Positions 1 through 11,712 of a stretch of DNA of 64,000 nt are shown piece after piece. The stretch is taken from assembly GCA_964658305.1 (NCBI GenBank), contig OZ210885.1, positions 7,564,001-7,628,000 of the forward strand, read 5' to 3'. This DNA is from Leptogorgia sarmentosa. Lineage: Eukaryota. The notes beneath the pieces were generated by a model, which was not told the origin of the DNA, ran no database searches, and saw only the letters and a list, made by a program, of their open reading frames with translations. The position numbers and the translations under genes were made by a program. Position 1 is the stretch's first letter, and each line of letters begins with the position of its first letter.

Positions 1-3000
1 GTATTAAGTGATGATGCCCGTTTCGTTTTTGTTGACGAGGTAAACAGAATCGAACTTAGAACTTTTAATGATATCGAGGCCAGTATGAAATTGGGTCAAC
101 CAGAAGTTGAAGTCACCTGCATTACTGCTCTTGGTTCAAACTATGCATTGCTTGGTTGTGATGACGGAGAACTGTTATGGTTTCATCTTAACAATAACTC
201 GCAGTTGAAGTTCCCAGCACACAAGGATGGCATTTCTCAAGTTAGAGGCGAGCTAGGAGGTCATGATCGTTCACGTCGCTTTGCATCGGGGTCTATCGGT
301 GGGTCTGTGAAGCTTTGGAATGTTGAAGAAAACTTGCCGACGTTAATATGGTCACATGACAACATTTGTTCAGATCCCATTACCGCGTTTGAATTCGTGC
401 CCTGCTCGCATGATATCATAGTTGTTTCTGGCAAAAAGGTATGTATATCATTTTCCAAACGAGTTTGTCAAATTGCAATTGAGCACTTATACACTTTTGA
501 TGTAAAATATCAAACTTATATATACTGCGCAATGCAACCGCCATACTGCGAAAGTAAATTTACAGAATCTCAATTTCTAATTCGACGAAATAACGCGCTT
601 AGATTTATATTGCGTAGTACAACCACAATACTACGAGGTCAGGTTTACAGAATCGCAACTTCTACTTCGATGATGTAAATGTACTATGAGTTCGAGTTCG
701 AGTTATGAGTTCGTACATTTTTCGATTGAAATCTCGCATAAAATGCTTTATTTCATTTCTATATTTTTGTCAGGGCTAAAGTTCCCATCACCAAACATAA
801 TTACAAAATTTCAACCAGTTCAATACAGAATAACAAAAGATATAATCGATATCATCCAATAAATCTAGCACTATAGCCACCAAGCACTTCTAGACAAATT
901 ACTGGAATATATATAAGCTGCTTTACACCTACAAAAATTTCAACCATCTGCAAGTTTCACAAAGAAATAATTCTTACAAAAAGAAAATAAATCTTGTATA
1001 ACGTAAGGTTTGATCCACAAGCAGGAAAAACGGGGCGTGCCTTCCCGAACTAAGTCTAAAAACAAAGTAAGACAAAAATAAGAAGATATGACTGAATAAA
1101 CAAAAATATTTATATTTGGGTCATAAAAAAAGGAAAGGGTATGACAAAAAAAATTATCTGAATAGAAGGAGGAAAATTCGTACAGCAGATACCAATGTTA
1201 ATATAATATCTAACATGTCACAGCAAGTTACTGGGAAAATAGATATACCAAGACGTAGATTATCAAGCGAATTATATAATTCAACGCATCATATTTAACT
1301 GAAGTAAACACCAATGCAACTGTATTCTTTTTGCATGTGTAACAAGTTAACCCGTTGCGTAATAAAAAAATTTGAAAAGAGGATAATACATATCAACATT
1401 GTGAATACAGTTAATTCTTATATTGATATCATTGTGGTCAATTCCGTTGATTGTCAAAACTTTCAAGAACTGTACGAATTAAACATTAATTACAGAGGCG
1501 TTTACTAACTATTTTTATTAATTACACCGTTCCGAGCCTGCGTTGATTTTAAAAACAACCAAAACAACGCAGTATTAATTGCATATATGTTTGTTGTAAT
1601 ACCACTCGTGCTTCGCACATATTACAGTAATTTAGAAGGATAATTGATACGATAATTGCGAAACGCCATACTTCATTTACATTTAAACTCAATATGTTTC
1701 CTGCACACAAACTACCCCCCCCCCCCCCCCCCCCGCAACGATTTGCGCGCTTGCCTTCAGTCACTAATACTGCATGTGTAAATTAAATTCAACAATTCCA
1801 ATTCTGAAGGTAATTTTTTCAATTACTTTGTTACGTTTCAAGCAGTCACGCAACGAAGAAAACAAACTTAGCATTCCGCATCGGAATTTTTAATTTAAAA
1901 TACGTAATAATAAGTGTTAAAAATCGGAAGACGTTCATCTTATTTTGCTGAGTAAATAGCCAATGGAACAATTTTGTATTAAACAGTAAATTATTATTTT
2001 GACAGGGTGCGCGGATAAATGCCAAAGGAATTGTGCATCGTTACAGATCAGATGCGTGGGGTGGAATTGAAAGAATTCGCGTGGTCCAGAACTTCCTTTT
2101 TGGTGTTTATTCTGACAAGATGGGAGTTGATAATGGAGCTGCAGAGCAAATATCGTTCACAGAGTGGGAACTGAACAAAGAGTTGAACGACAGGGTTTCT
2201 GGTCATTTTTTCAAAAGAGTTTTTAGGGTGAACAATTCTGGCAGCCATGTGGCTATTTTAGGTAATTTATTTCATTTTTTAATCTCAATTGCAACAACAT
2301 GTGGTTGCGCAATTCTTCGAGTATCAGCACAGCCTTACTCTCCGACATTCCGTCCACGCCCTTGTTTCCCCGTCCACTGCACAAATGCCTAGACACGAGA
2401 CTTTTCAAACCAACAAGAAGTTATCCAAGCAATGGAAGTAACATGCGAATATGCTGCATTTTGAATCTCCGAATGCGAAACCTCCCCTGCGAATATACCG
2501 CATTCCAGTAGGCTTAACCTCACGTAACACCACGTGCATTACCAGTTTGACTTGCAACTATGTTATCTAACAAGTATTCGCACGGAAACTTTGAGCATTC
2601 CCCACAGCTTAGTCTGTATGTATTTTTCCCGAGCGTGCGAGCGTAAGGCCTGGCGAGGGTACTAAGTCCGCCCGGCAATTTCACCCGGGAAAATAAAAAC
2701 CCAAGGCAAGTTGGAAGACCTGTCGTAGATGGACAACCCACTGAACTGACAAACACTGGATTGTGCGAATCCTGCAATTAAGCCTCACTCCTTGATGAGA
2801 AAATTGATACGAGCATGCACTGTCTGCAGTCTTTCTTTAGCTCAGTGGTTCGTGTCTTAGCCAGTCAGCACTCAGAAAGAGTTGTCCGAATAGAAATCCA
2901 TTTCGCTATATTCCCTCGATTATATCTTCTGTTGTTCTGTATGAAACTAGTTCAAATTTCGTAATTATGTTTGGTTATGAGAACTAAAGCTCTGACAAAA

Positions 3001-3944
3001 TTATGGAGTCAAAATAAAGTATATAATAGCAGAAATTCATTTGTTTCAATCGAAAAATGGTATGCTACGCGACATCTATAGTCCCAGTCCTTCTTCGTGT
3101 ATTGAGATCATCTGATAGATCGGCAAGTTTCCATAACGGCTATATGGGTCAGCAATATTCCCTGACTAATTGACCCTTGGATCAGGCAGTTTTAGCTGCA
3201 TGTTGCGAAACGGCTGATTTAAAGCTATGTTTTTAAGATAAGGCTCGCAGAAAATTTGTACAGATAAGTCCCTGTTTAATAATGTGTACTAGCGGTCTAC
3301 GTGAACAATTTCTGAGACAGCAACTTAAATAACGTGACCTCTGGACCCTACCTGCTCCACCCCCGCTTTATGCTTTTAATAGAAATTATACTAATGTTTG
3401 CGGGCGCAAATTCTGAGATGCGCGGGCAGTTTTGACACTTGCGGAAAAGTTGAGGTGTCAAAACTACCCGCGCATCCCTAAATGTACGCCCGCACCTATT
3501 ACTAATTTCTATGAGAGCATAAAAGCGGCTCGTAACAGCCACTATAAATATAAAACATGGCTATCAACCCAAAATTGATCACAAAAATTGCCTCGCGTAA
3601 CATCGCCTTAACAGATTTAAAAAATTTAAATCACGTTTTTAGGTCATGGTTCTTTGGTGATTGAGAACTTCAGAACTGGAAAGGTTCTCCACAGATTTCC
3701 AATTCAAAAGGGCGAATGGATCAATGCCTTGGCATTAGCGCCTGAAGGAGAATTTCTGTTGTCGTGCTCGAATTGTGATAAGACGCTGAAACTGTGGAAG
3801 CTACCAAATGGAGAGTGTGTTGAAGAGTTTCATTTCGACCGGGATGTTTTAGCCATAGCATGCGGCTCAAATGGAATGGTTTGTGTTGGCCTGGCAGGAG
3901 GTCGGGTCTGCTTCCTTCGTCTTAATAAGTTATCCTCGCATTGA
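1..3944 (+). CDS. 3' exons of a WD40-repeat protein gene (NACHT/NB-ARC-WD40 or TEP1/NWD-like C-terminus); 5' part outside window
   Basis: Exons <1-438, 2006-2261, 3643-3944 joined by GT-AG introns with compatible phases (0,1). WD motifs: AHKDGISQV...FASGSIGGSVKLWN and INALALAPEGEFLLSCSNCDKTLKLWKL. Ends VCVGLAGGRVCFLRL, stop at 3944. Confidence 0.85.
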
Positions 3945-5051
3945 AAACAACTCCAACCTAAAGGTTGAAGACTTCAGAGAAATTGCAACATTGTCTTAAA
4001 TGAATATTAAACGTGGAAACAAGGTTATGTGGAGTAGCAATATCAATATTTCTGGCAATGAATAATAGTCTAAAATGTGATATAAAGTAAAATAAAGACT
4101 CACAAAAACCAAAATACAATGAAATTAACGCATTGTTGGAATTTGAGGGCCCTTGGAAATCAAAGTTCTGTAAACAGCGATTATGAAATTAAGACATACT
4201 TGTATTGTGCGTCCAGATTGTTTAGAACCAAACTGGGATTAGCTTATTGTTAGGGCATTCAAATACAAACAATGCGTTAATTTCAATGGTTTGGGTTTTT
4301 TGGCACACCCGGTATACTAATATTCGATTATGACTATTTTTTACCAAAACAACCAGCATTCCAAGTATTTCGGGAATTTCGGGATATTGAAAAATATTTG
4401 AATTTTCCACTGAAATTGTATATTACGGAATAGGCACAATGGGTAGAATACAGGGAAGACATTCCCAAACTTGGGGGTTTCTGATTTTCTTAGGGTGGAA
4501 AACGTTTCTGAAACGTTGCCGGAAACGCCCATTTCAGAACCTTACCTCTTTGTTAAGGTCATTCATTCACTAGTAAAGAAAAGGAGAAATGGTAAACAGT
4601 TGGGGACAGTTATATAGTTGTCCCCCAAGCCAAAAATTCGGGGACCCCACAAGATTGACACCCTTGATAGAGTATTTGGCACATGTGATTAGCTCATTTG
4701 TCGTCACGTGCCTTTGGCAAAATAACATGTTCCAACACCTCGCATTTTTTCAAATATTCGTAGTTCAGAATCTACGTGAAAAGAAAGATAGTGCCAAAAA
4801 TTGAGTATCGGTTCCGTACGAAAATAGGCAGGCTTCGTCTTTTCGTTAACTTCGACTGTTTCGTCTGTATGGTTAACTTTCAAACCTCGGTTTTGATGCC
4901 TTGGCATTGGTCTCGGTTTGATATTTACCGTGCACACCTCATGCTTGGTGAGTAAGTAGTTGATTTTTCACCATATTCCAAGTTATCAGCGATCTCAAGT
5001 GTGGGTCGTTCTTAACTGATACTTAAGATGCAATTTTCACAGTAAATCTTA

Positions 5052-5281
5052 CGGCTGTTTCCGGTTACGCGTTTTTCGTACGTACGTACGTGTAAAAATT
5101 AGTGAAATTGATTTCAACGTTAGTTTCTGTGCTACACATGAATACATATAAAGCATCTCATACATTGAATGATGTAGTATGTGTTTCTAAAGGTATTTTA
5201 TTAATGAAATGAAATATAGAGAGATTTAGACATTTACGTACGTACATGTACGTGTTAAAAACGGGTAACTGGAATGTAGCC
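5052..5281. mobile_element. Probable PIF/Harbinger-like MITE
   Basis: Imperfect TIRs GGCTGTTTCCGGTTACGCGTTTTT / AAAAACGGGTAACTGGAATGTAGCC with internal cgtacgtac repeats and TTA-like flanks. Confidence 0.4.
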
Positions 5282-6156
5282 TTTAGTTGTGAAATTCGAA
5301 GCGAAATAGGATATTGAAAGCGGCAGTTGACTTGTTGCATGGTGTATGGGACAATATCGTTCCCTTGAATATCAGTGTCGGAAAATCGGTAAATTTCTAT
5401 ATCGGCGCGTAACTGGAAATTTTTGAAAGTCATTAATTTGATAATAGACGCAGGCATCATATTTTCTGAGATGCATGGAAATTGATTATTTCTGATTCAA
5501 TGTTCAATACATTTTACCTCATTCATCATTCAATATCCCTATTGTCAGTAATTAAGATATACTTGTCCAGGCTTCCGAAGGAAATAGCTGTGTGCCAGTA
5601 TCACTGAATAAGTTAAATGGTGAACATATCTGGAAATGTTTTCAGCAATTCGCCTGATTAATATAAGAAGCAACTGTATATTTGAAAATGATTTTGTTTC
5701 AACTTTAGTGTAGATTTTCAGTTGTATTTGCTGGTTTACAACTATGGAATTATTATAGAATATTTGTCAATAAAAGTAAAATTACCAATGATGTTTGCAA
5801 TGGTCGTCATATTTACAGCATTATCAGCAAACCATACTGAACTTCAGACGTGGTCATCTCTTAGTCGTATTTTCTAAAATCTTTTCATTTCAGCAGTGTT
5901 TTACAGATACAACATTAGACCATCGATCCTTATAAGTTTGTTTGCAGACTAGGGGACTCTTCATTTGGGAAAATTATCTCTGTTGACAAGAAAATATTTC
6001 GAGTGCCTAATGATTCAGTTATGCTCTTATTGATCACGTTATAACGTCACCACGCTTATCGAGTAAATTGTTTTCGGCCGTGAAAGGCTGTTACATCATA
6101 ACTACAGTGAAACACGCAATTTGATTGGTCAATAATAATTATTTCTTGACGTGAAG

Positions 6157-6273
6157 AGTTTGTCTGTGACTCCACGGAGTTCAAGTGCGCCAACAATCTG
6201 ACGTGTATCTCCAGTGACAAAAAATGTAATGGTGTGGATGACTGTGCTGATAAAAGCGACGAGAGTAATTGCC
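6157..6273 (+). pseudogene. Orphan duplicate of LDL-A exon 5 of the downstream receptor gene
   Basis: 6131-6448 reads identical to 15690-16007; encodes [38 protein letters not shown] with AG/GT sites intact. Confidence 0.9.
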
Positions 6274-6366
6274 GTAAGTAGTTTTGTCATACTAAAAAAT
6301 CACGTGGCCTAATTTGCTGTTGAGAATGAATTTGGAGTAAGGATTGGGATGGGTAGGTTGGACTAT

Positions 6367-7178
6367 TTAGCAATTAGTCGCCGAAGGCGAGGTGATTACA
6401 AGCTCATAGTCACCAAGGCGCGCAGCGCCGAGGTGACTATGAGCTTGTAATCACCGAAGCCTGAGGCGACTAATTGTTTTAGTATAAATTCCCAGGTCAA
6501 AGTGATTTGATTCAAACTGTCTGTTAAGTAGAAATTCAAGTTTTGTTTACTTTGTTTACATAAAATAATTCACGCTCATATCACCACTTTGCTAGTGAAA
6601 AAAGCCAGTTTTGTTGCATAAAAATAACACTAAATAAAATATTTTACTTTGAAAGATTTTTAAACCATATTTTGACGCTTGTTTGGTTTTCTTGGGGATG
6701 CTTTCTTGTTTAATTTTGTCAATTTCCTCCTGCGAAATTCAGCAAACCGAGCGGCCATTTTGAATTTTAATTACGAAAATTGTTATAGTCACCTCCTAGG
6801 AGGTGACTATTTAACAATTAGATTACGAGCTCGAGATTTCTATGAGGTGATAGTTGATGAGGGCGAAGCCCGAATCAACTATCATCTCGTAGAAATCGAG
6901 AGCGAGTAATCTAATTGTTTTAGTAGAATCAGAGATCAAACATGAAAATATTGCAAAAAATAATTTAAAACCGCGTGTCAGAAGACATTTTCTTGAACAA
7001 AAATTCACATATTTTGCTACTCGCTATCTATCGAAGAATAGATAGCGAGTAGAGTAGCCAATCAAATTGCAGCATTTGCAATAGTATACGAGTATGATTC
7101 TACTAAAACAAGAGAGAAATCAATTCTTGTCCAATCAGATTGCAGGAAATGTTATAGTCACTTGAAAATTTATACTAA
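6367..7178 (+). mobile_element. Non-autonomous Crypton-like element family A, copy 1 (contains nested family B copy)
   Basis: Left end TTAGCAATTA, ~110-nt hairpin, then TTTTAGTATAAATT; right end AATTTATACTAA. The minus strand carries MAARFAEFRRRKLT.../[17 protein letters not shown], resembling the CryptonA/DUF3504 N-terminus (frameshifted here). Confidence 0.7.
6811..7106 (+). mobile_element. Crypton-like non-autonomous element family B, copy 1 (296 bp, inserted in family A)
   Basis: TTAACAATTA...hairpin...TTTTAGTAGAATC ... GATTCTACTAA; near-identical to 12869-13164; removal restores the family A internal palindrome gtgactat|aaca. Confidence 0.75.
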
Positions 7179-7405
7179 TCCTCGATAGATAGCGAGTAGC
7201 AAAATATGTGAATTTTCGTTCAAGAAAATGTCTTCTAAGACGCGATTATAAATTAGTTTTTGCAATATTTTCATGTTTGATCTCTAATTCTACTAAAACA
7301 ATTAGATTACTCGCTATCGATTTCTACGAGATGATAGTTGATTCGGGCTTCGCCCTCATCAACTATCACCTCATAGAAATCTCGAGCTCGTAATCTAATT
7401 GTTAA
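7179..7405 (-). mobile_element. Family B copy 2, inverted and truncated
   Basis: Reverse complement of approximately 6811-7035. Confidence 0.75.
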
Positions 7406-7640
7406 TTAGTATACACCCAACCATCGTCTATTACAAATGCTACATTCTAATTGGCTACCAGTCGTTGTCGTTTGCGTGATACACCACGGTTCGCGAAAAA
7501 CCAATGGAAAACAATATGGCTACTGCAGAAAACTCGCGTTTTGCTGAGGTTTCTGAAAAATTTTCTTTATATAAATCATTCTGGGCTTAGAGTGTATACG
7601 AAAACAATTAGACAACTCGGTCTCGTTGTATAATTGTTAA
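7406..7640 (-). mobile_element. Crypton-like non-autonomous element family C
   Basis: Same end design on minus strand (TTAACAATTA...TAATTGTTTTCGTATACAC ... GTGTATACTAA) with a collapsed hairpin; plus strand encodes MATAENSRFAEVSE (Crypton-like N-terminus). Confidence 0.6.
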
Positions 7641-9048
7641 TTAGTAGCTACTATGAAATAAAGGAAATGGTTGAGTTTTTACAGTATTCATGAACTAAAT
7701 TATTTGTATTGAAAATAGATGCCGTATATAAACAAACAATAAACTGGACGGTATTTTCATGGAAATTACTCCAAAGTGACTGAGCAAACAATTGAAACCC
7801 CCTTACCCAGAACTAAGTTTTGCTAATGAATAAAACTTTTTCTCTAAAACGTTTTTTTGGTTTCGAGATAAGACGACGTAAAAATTATTATTTTTGCAGA
7901 ACAATTTTTATTCTTTTTTAGAATTCGATGGTACCAATAAGGAAGAATCCTTTAGTAAGTACAACTAAACATTGTTCTTTTAGTCTATTTGTTATATAGA
8001 CAATAAGATACAACAGAATTCCTGGTGTTGGTAATCCAGGAAATCGGATTATCGTTTTGGCGACAGTTGAAAGAATTTTAAGTTTTCCTTGTGTGCAAAC
8101 TTGTTTCGGACAAAAATACACAGCAGTCGAAATCTCGCGCTTGCCTTCCGATCACACAGCTAAGATCATGGCTTTATCTTTAACATTTTAACTTAATTAA
8201 AATTTGCAATTGTTAATGTTGATAATTTTTAAATTTAGTGAGTGATCAAGAAGGACGGACTAGGAACTTAAGCAACGAGCCTTCTACTTCCAGCCAAGGT
8301 AACAGGTTCAGTTTGCAAACAACTAAGTCTTCGATAAGGTGCCAGCTTACCAGCAAACTGCCGTGTGCAAGTTTATGTTTTGCTATTTTCATATACTTGA
8401 AATATTCATAATATTCATAATAATATATGACACAAAATGGGAGAAAAGGCTAGAATATGGAACTTTCCCGGGAGAGTGGAAGATAAGATATAATTTTTAG
8501 CAGGACTGAAAATAGCTGGCATAATTGAAAATTTTGAAGGTATCATGTGTTAACATTACCTTTAAGATAGTAACATGCAAATGTTTATTACTGTTCAGGA
8601 ATGATGGATGATCTCCCTTCAGGAACCACCTCAGCGCACAAAACTGTGACTGCTACCAACGGTAATTGAATAAAAACTGATTTCTAAACAAAAACTCAAT
8701 AATTCCATGATATTCGATGATTGGCTAGCAAGGCTCAAAAACCGTGCGAGTTACATGTTCACTCATTGGATTGCTCATCCCCAACCAATTTGATATAAAA
8801 AACGGCGGCGAATGATCAATGAAACCCGCCAACTGACAGGAGATTACACTAATTAGGTTAATTAAGAACGTGCTACTCGTGTTAAAATGATTTTTTTCTT
8901 GTGTGTTGCCCTACCTTAAAGCAAGTGGCTTCGCGGAAGCATGCTGGGACCAGTGACATGATTCTGCAGGCGACGAAAGAAGGCCTTAAGTCACATTATG
9001 GTTTGAAATGTCGAACTTATAATGTATTATTTGTTTCTTTTATTATAG

Positions 9049-9260
9049 TGCCAAAAAGAAGAACATTTAAGACGCAGGCGTGGACAAAGAGAGAGAAAGA
9101 CAACATTTCAATATATTTCGCTAAATATATAAGTGTTGGAAAAGCCCCCTGAAAGATTGCGGTGGAAAAATTCCTAGAAGGAAAAGAGCATCTATTTCCA
9201 AACAGAAGTTGGAAGAACTTTAAGGATTGCGTGAGGAATATGGGGACGAAAAACAAATGA
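9049..9260 (+). pseudogene. Terminal exon encoding a Myb/SANT-like domain of the kind seen at the C-terminus of animal tyrosine-recombinase elements; in-frame stop
   Basis: AWTKREKDNISIYFAKYISVGKAP*KIAVEKFLEGKEHLFPNRSWKNFKDCVRN after an AG acceptor; GGA->TGA in the PGK motif. Confidence 0.5.
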
Positions 9261-10634
9261 AAAAAGTTTAAACATTGAAAACCGCTTTAATTTTTTCATA
9301 ATTGTTCCGTTTTTTCAAAAACACTGTATTAGAAGTAATACAACAGTGCGAAATTCACAAACCTCGCAAGTGCTATTAACTGACAATAAACTCTACCGCT
9401 TATTCTCTTATTCTCGTTTACCCAATGGCCTCGTTTTCATGTTGATAAGCTAACATGAAGGTTATTTTCCGACTTTTTCCGAATAATTTTGTTTGTTGAG
9501 CTTAAACTCAAAAATAAGCTTACTTAATTTTGACCATATTGTGCGCGAAATACGAGTAAATATCCAGCATGAAAACGAGGCCATTGGGTAAAATGTGAAT
9601 AATCGGTAGTCTATTGTGCGCAATAACTCATGCATTATTAGCATGGAATAGTAATTGTTATTGTCAATATGTAATATTCTGTCGCTAAAGCCTATTCCAA
9701 ACAAACTTTGAGGAATTCCTCTGGGCCAATTGCATTCATAGTTTCGAAATTCTGTTTCCTTTCAGAAAATCATCAGCTGTACAGCAGTACAATTTTGACC
9801 TTTGGAGTGCTTACGTCACACGGTTTTTCCATAGCTGTAAATACAGTTGAATTGACGCCCACATGCATCATGTTTCCCACATTTCATTTAGACACCGACG
9901 TGTATAGCACTTCAAACATTATTAATTATGGTGCTCTTCTCAGCCAATCAGCATCCAATCATATTTCATAATTATGCTAGTAATAAATGATGAGCTGAAA
10001 AGACGTGTAATGTAAATATATATTATATAATCATAAGGATATTAATTAAAATGATACATTGTAGCATAATAAAAATAAAACGACCTATTTGACAGTATTT
10101 GTTATATTTTGCGAGTGGGAAGCCTAGTCGATCAAGATTATTTAATTTAACATGCATTTGTCGAAAATTAGCATGAAACTTGTTATAGAATAATTCAAAG
10201 CAAACTTACCTTAAAGCAAAATGTTAAAATAAGAGATTATTTTCACTCGAAACAATTATACTGAATCAGCATTCCACAAAAGGTCAGTAACTTTTTCTGT
10301 TTTAACACTGCTCTTGGCCAAATAACTTTCATAATTTCAGTACAAATAATAAACAATTATTGAATTAGGTCGAGTAGGATATGTTGAATTATTACCAGGC
10401 TTAATAACTGGATTTATTATACATTGTAGTTGGTAAGCTTACAGTTAAATCGCTCAATCACGCAACCTGCAGAAAATCCAGTTATGCAGGGGCAGACCCC
10501 CTCACATCTCTTAACAGTAGAATTGTGATGCAAGTTGCAAGAAAAATTCCATCGTGTAACACGTCTTTACAGATCCACAGAACTTGTTACTGCTCTAACG
10601 CTCTCAAAACAACGGAACATTTATTATCAAATTT

Positions 10635-11076
10635 AACAACTAAGTCGTTACACAGTGTTTCATGCTAGGCAATCATCAGACGACTGGTTACATTCAATTA
10701 TTCGTCTATTTTTATAGTCTACCCAGTTGTTGTTATTCTGGCGACTATTGTTCTTAATTGCTTTTTAATTATCCGGTGGCGTCTCTTTGAAGTTGGTAAG
10801 GAGGAACTTGTTTTTGTGACGACATGTCGAAAGAATTTCACTTCTTTTGTTTAGCAAGTTCTCATTGCTGTGGAAGATGATGTGGAACTTTTCTGAAAGG
10901 CAAAGGTTGCATTTTTTGGAGCTTTTCTGATATGGAACTCAATTAAAAAGCAATTAAGAACAATAGTCGCCAGAATAACAACAACTGGGTAGACTATAAA
11001 AATAGACGAATAATTGAATGTAACCAGTCGTCTGATGGTTGCCTAGCATGAAACACTGTGTAACGACTTAGTTGTT
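10635..11076. repeat. Inverted repeat, ~136-bp arms, 170-bp spacer
   Basis: 10635-10770 is the near-perfect reverse complement of 10941-11076. Confidence 0.9.
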
Positions 11077-11204
11077 TAATTTTTGAATAAAATATCTATC
11101 TATATATATAATATATATATATTCATAATATTCATAATAATATATGACACAAAATAGGAGAAAAGGCTAGAATATGGAACTTTCCCGGGAGAGTGGAAGA
11201 TAAG

Positions 11205-11678
11205 ATTTTAGACCATTTTGTCATCAGGAATAGCGATATGTTATATTCCTGAGGGAGGGGGGAGTGCGGTCTGCGCGAGGATATACCCCACAAGCCCACC
11301 AGAAACTTTACGTAAGTTAATTCGAAAGCTAGGGTGACTCCCTAAATCTTAATTATTTAGCAACCGCACACCATATGCAGTACGTACACCTTATAAAATT
11401 CAACAAATTTGACCTAAATTATTATTATCAGCAAGCCTTAGCGATTAAGCTTTGAGTGACTGATGTGACTAACATCCCTATTTCATATTTTATTTCACTA
11501 GTCCCATGTCATTCCCAGGAGTATTTGGTTGACGTAAATAGTTCAGATCCGGTTAAAGATGCATGAGGCATTGTGTATAATTTGTCTGACGAAACAGAAA
11601 ATATTTTAGAAATTATATTTTGCTCTTTCAATTAATTTTGTTATTGAGCACTCTATTTGAACTACGGAAGATTAATTA

Positions 11679-11712
<34 letters not shown>

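Noticed and set aside
1714..1734. Poly-C run / Gly-rich ORF
   Set aside because: Intronic homopolymer; no coding support
2290..2860. Possible structured ncRNA (snoRNA or telomerase RNA) in the WD40 intron
   Set aside because: GC-richer stretch with a short tagctcagtggtt A-box-like piece, but no convincing box pair, template or cloverleaf
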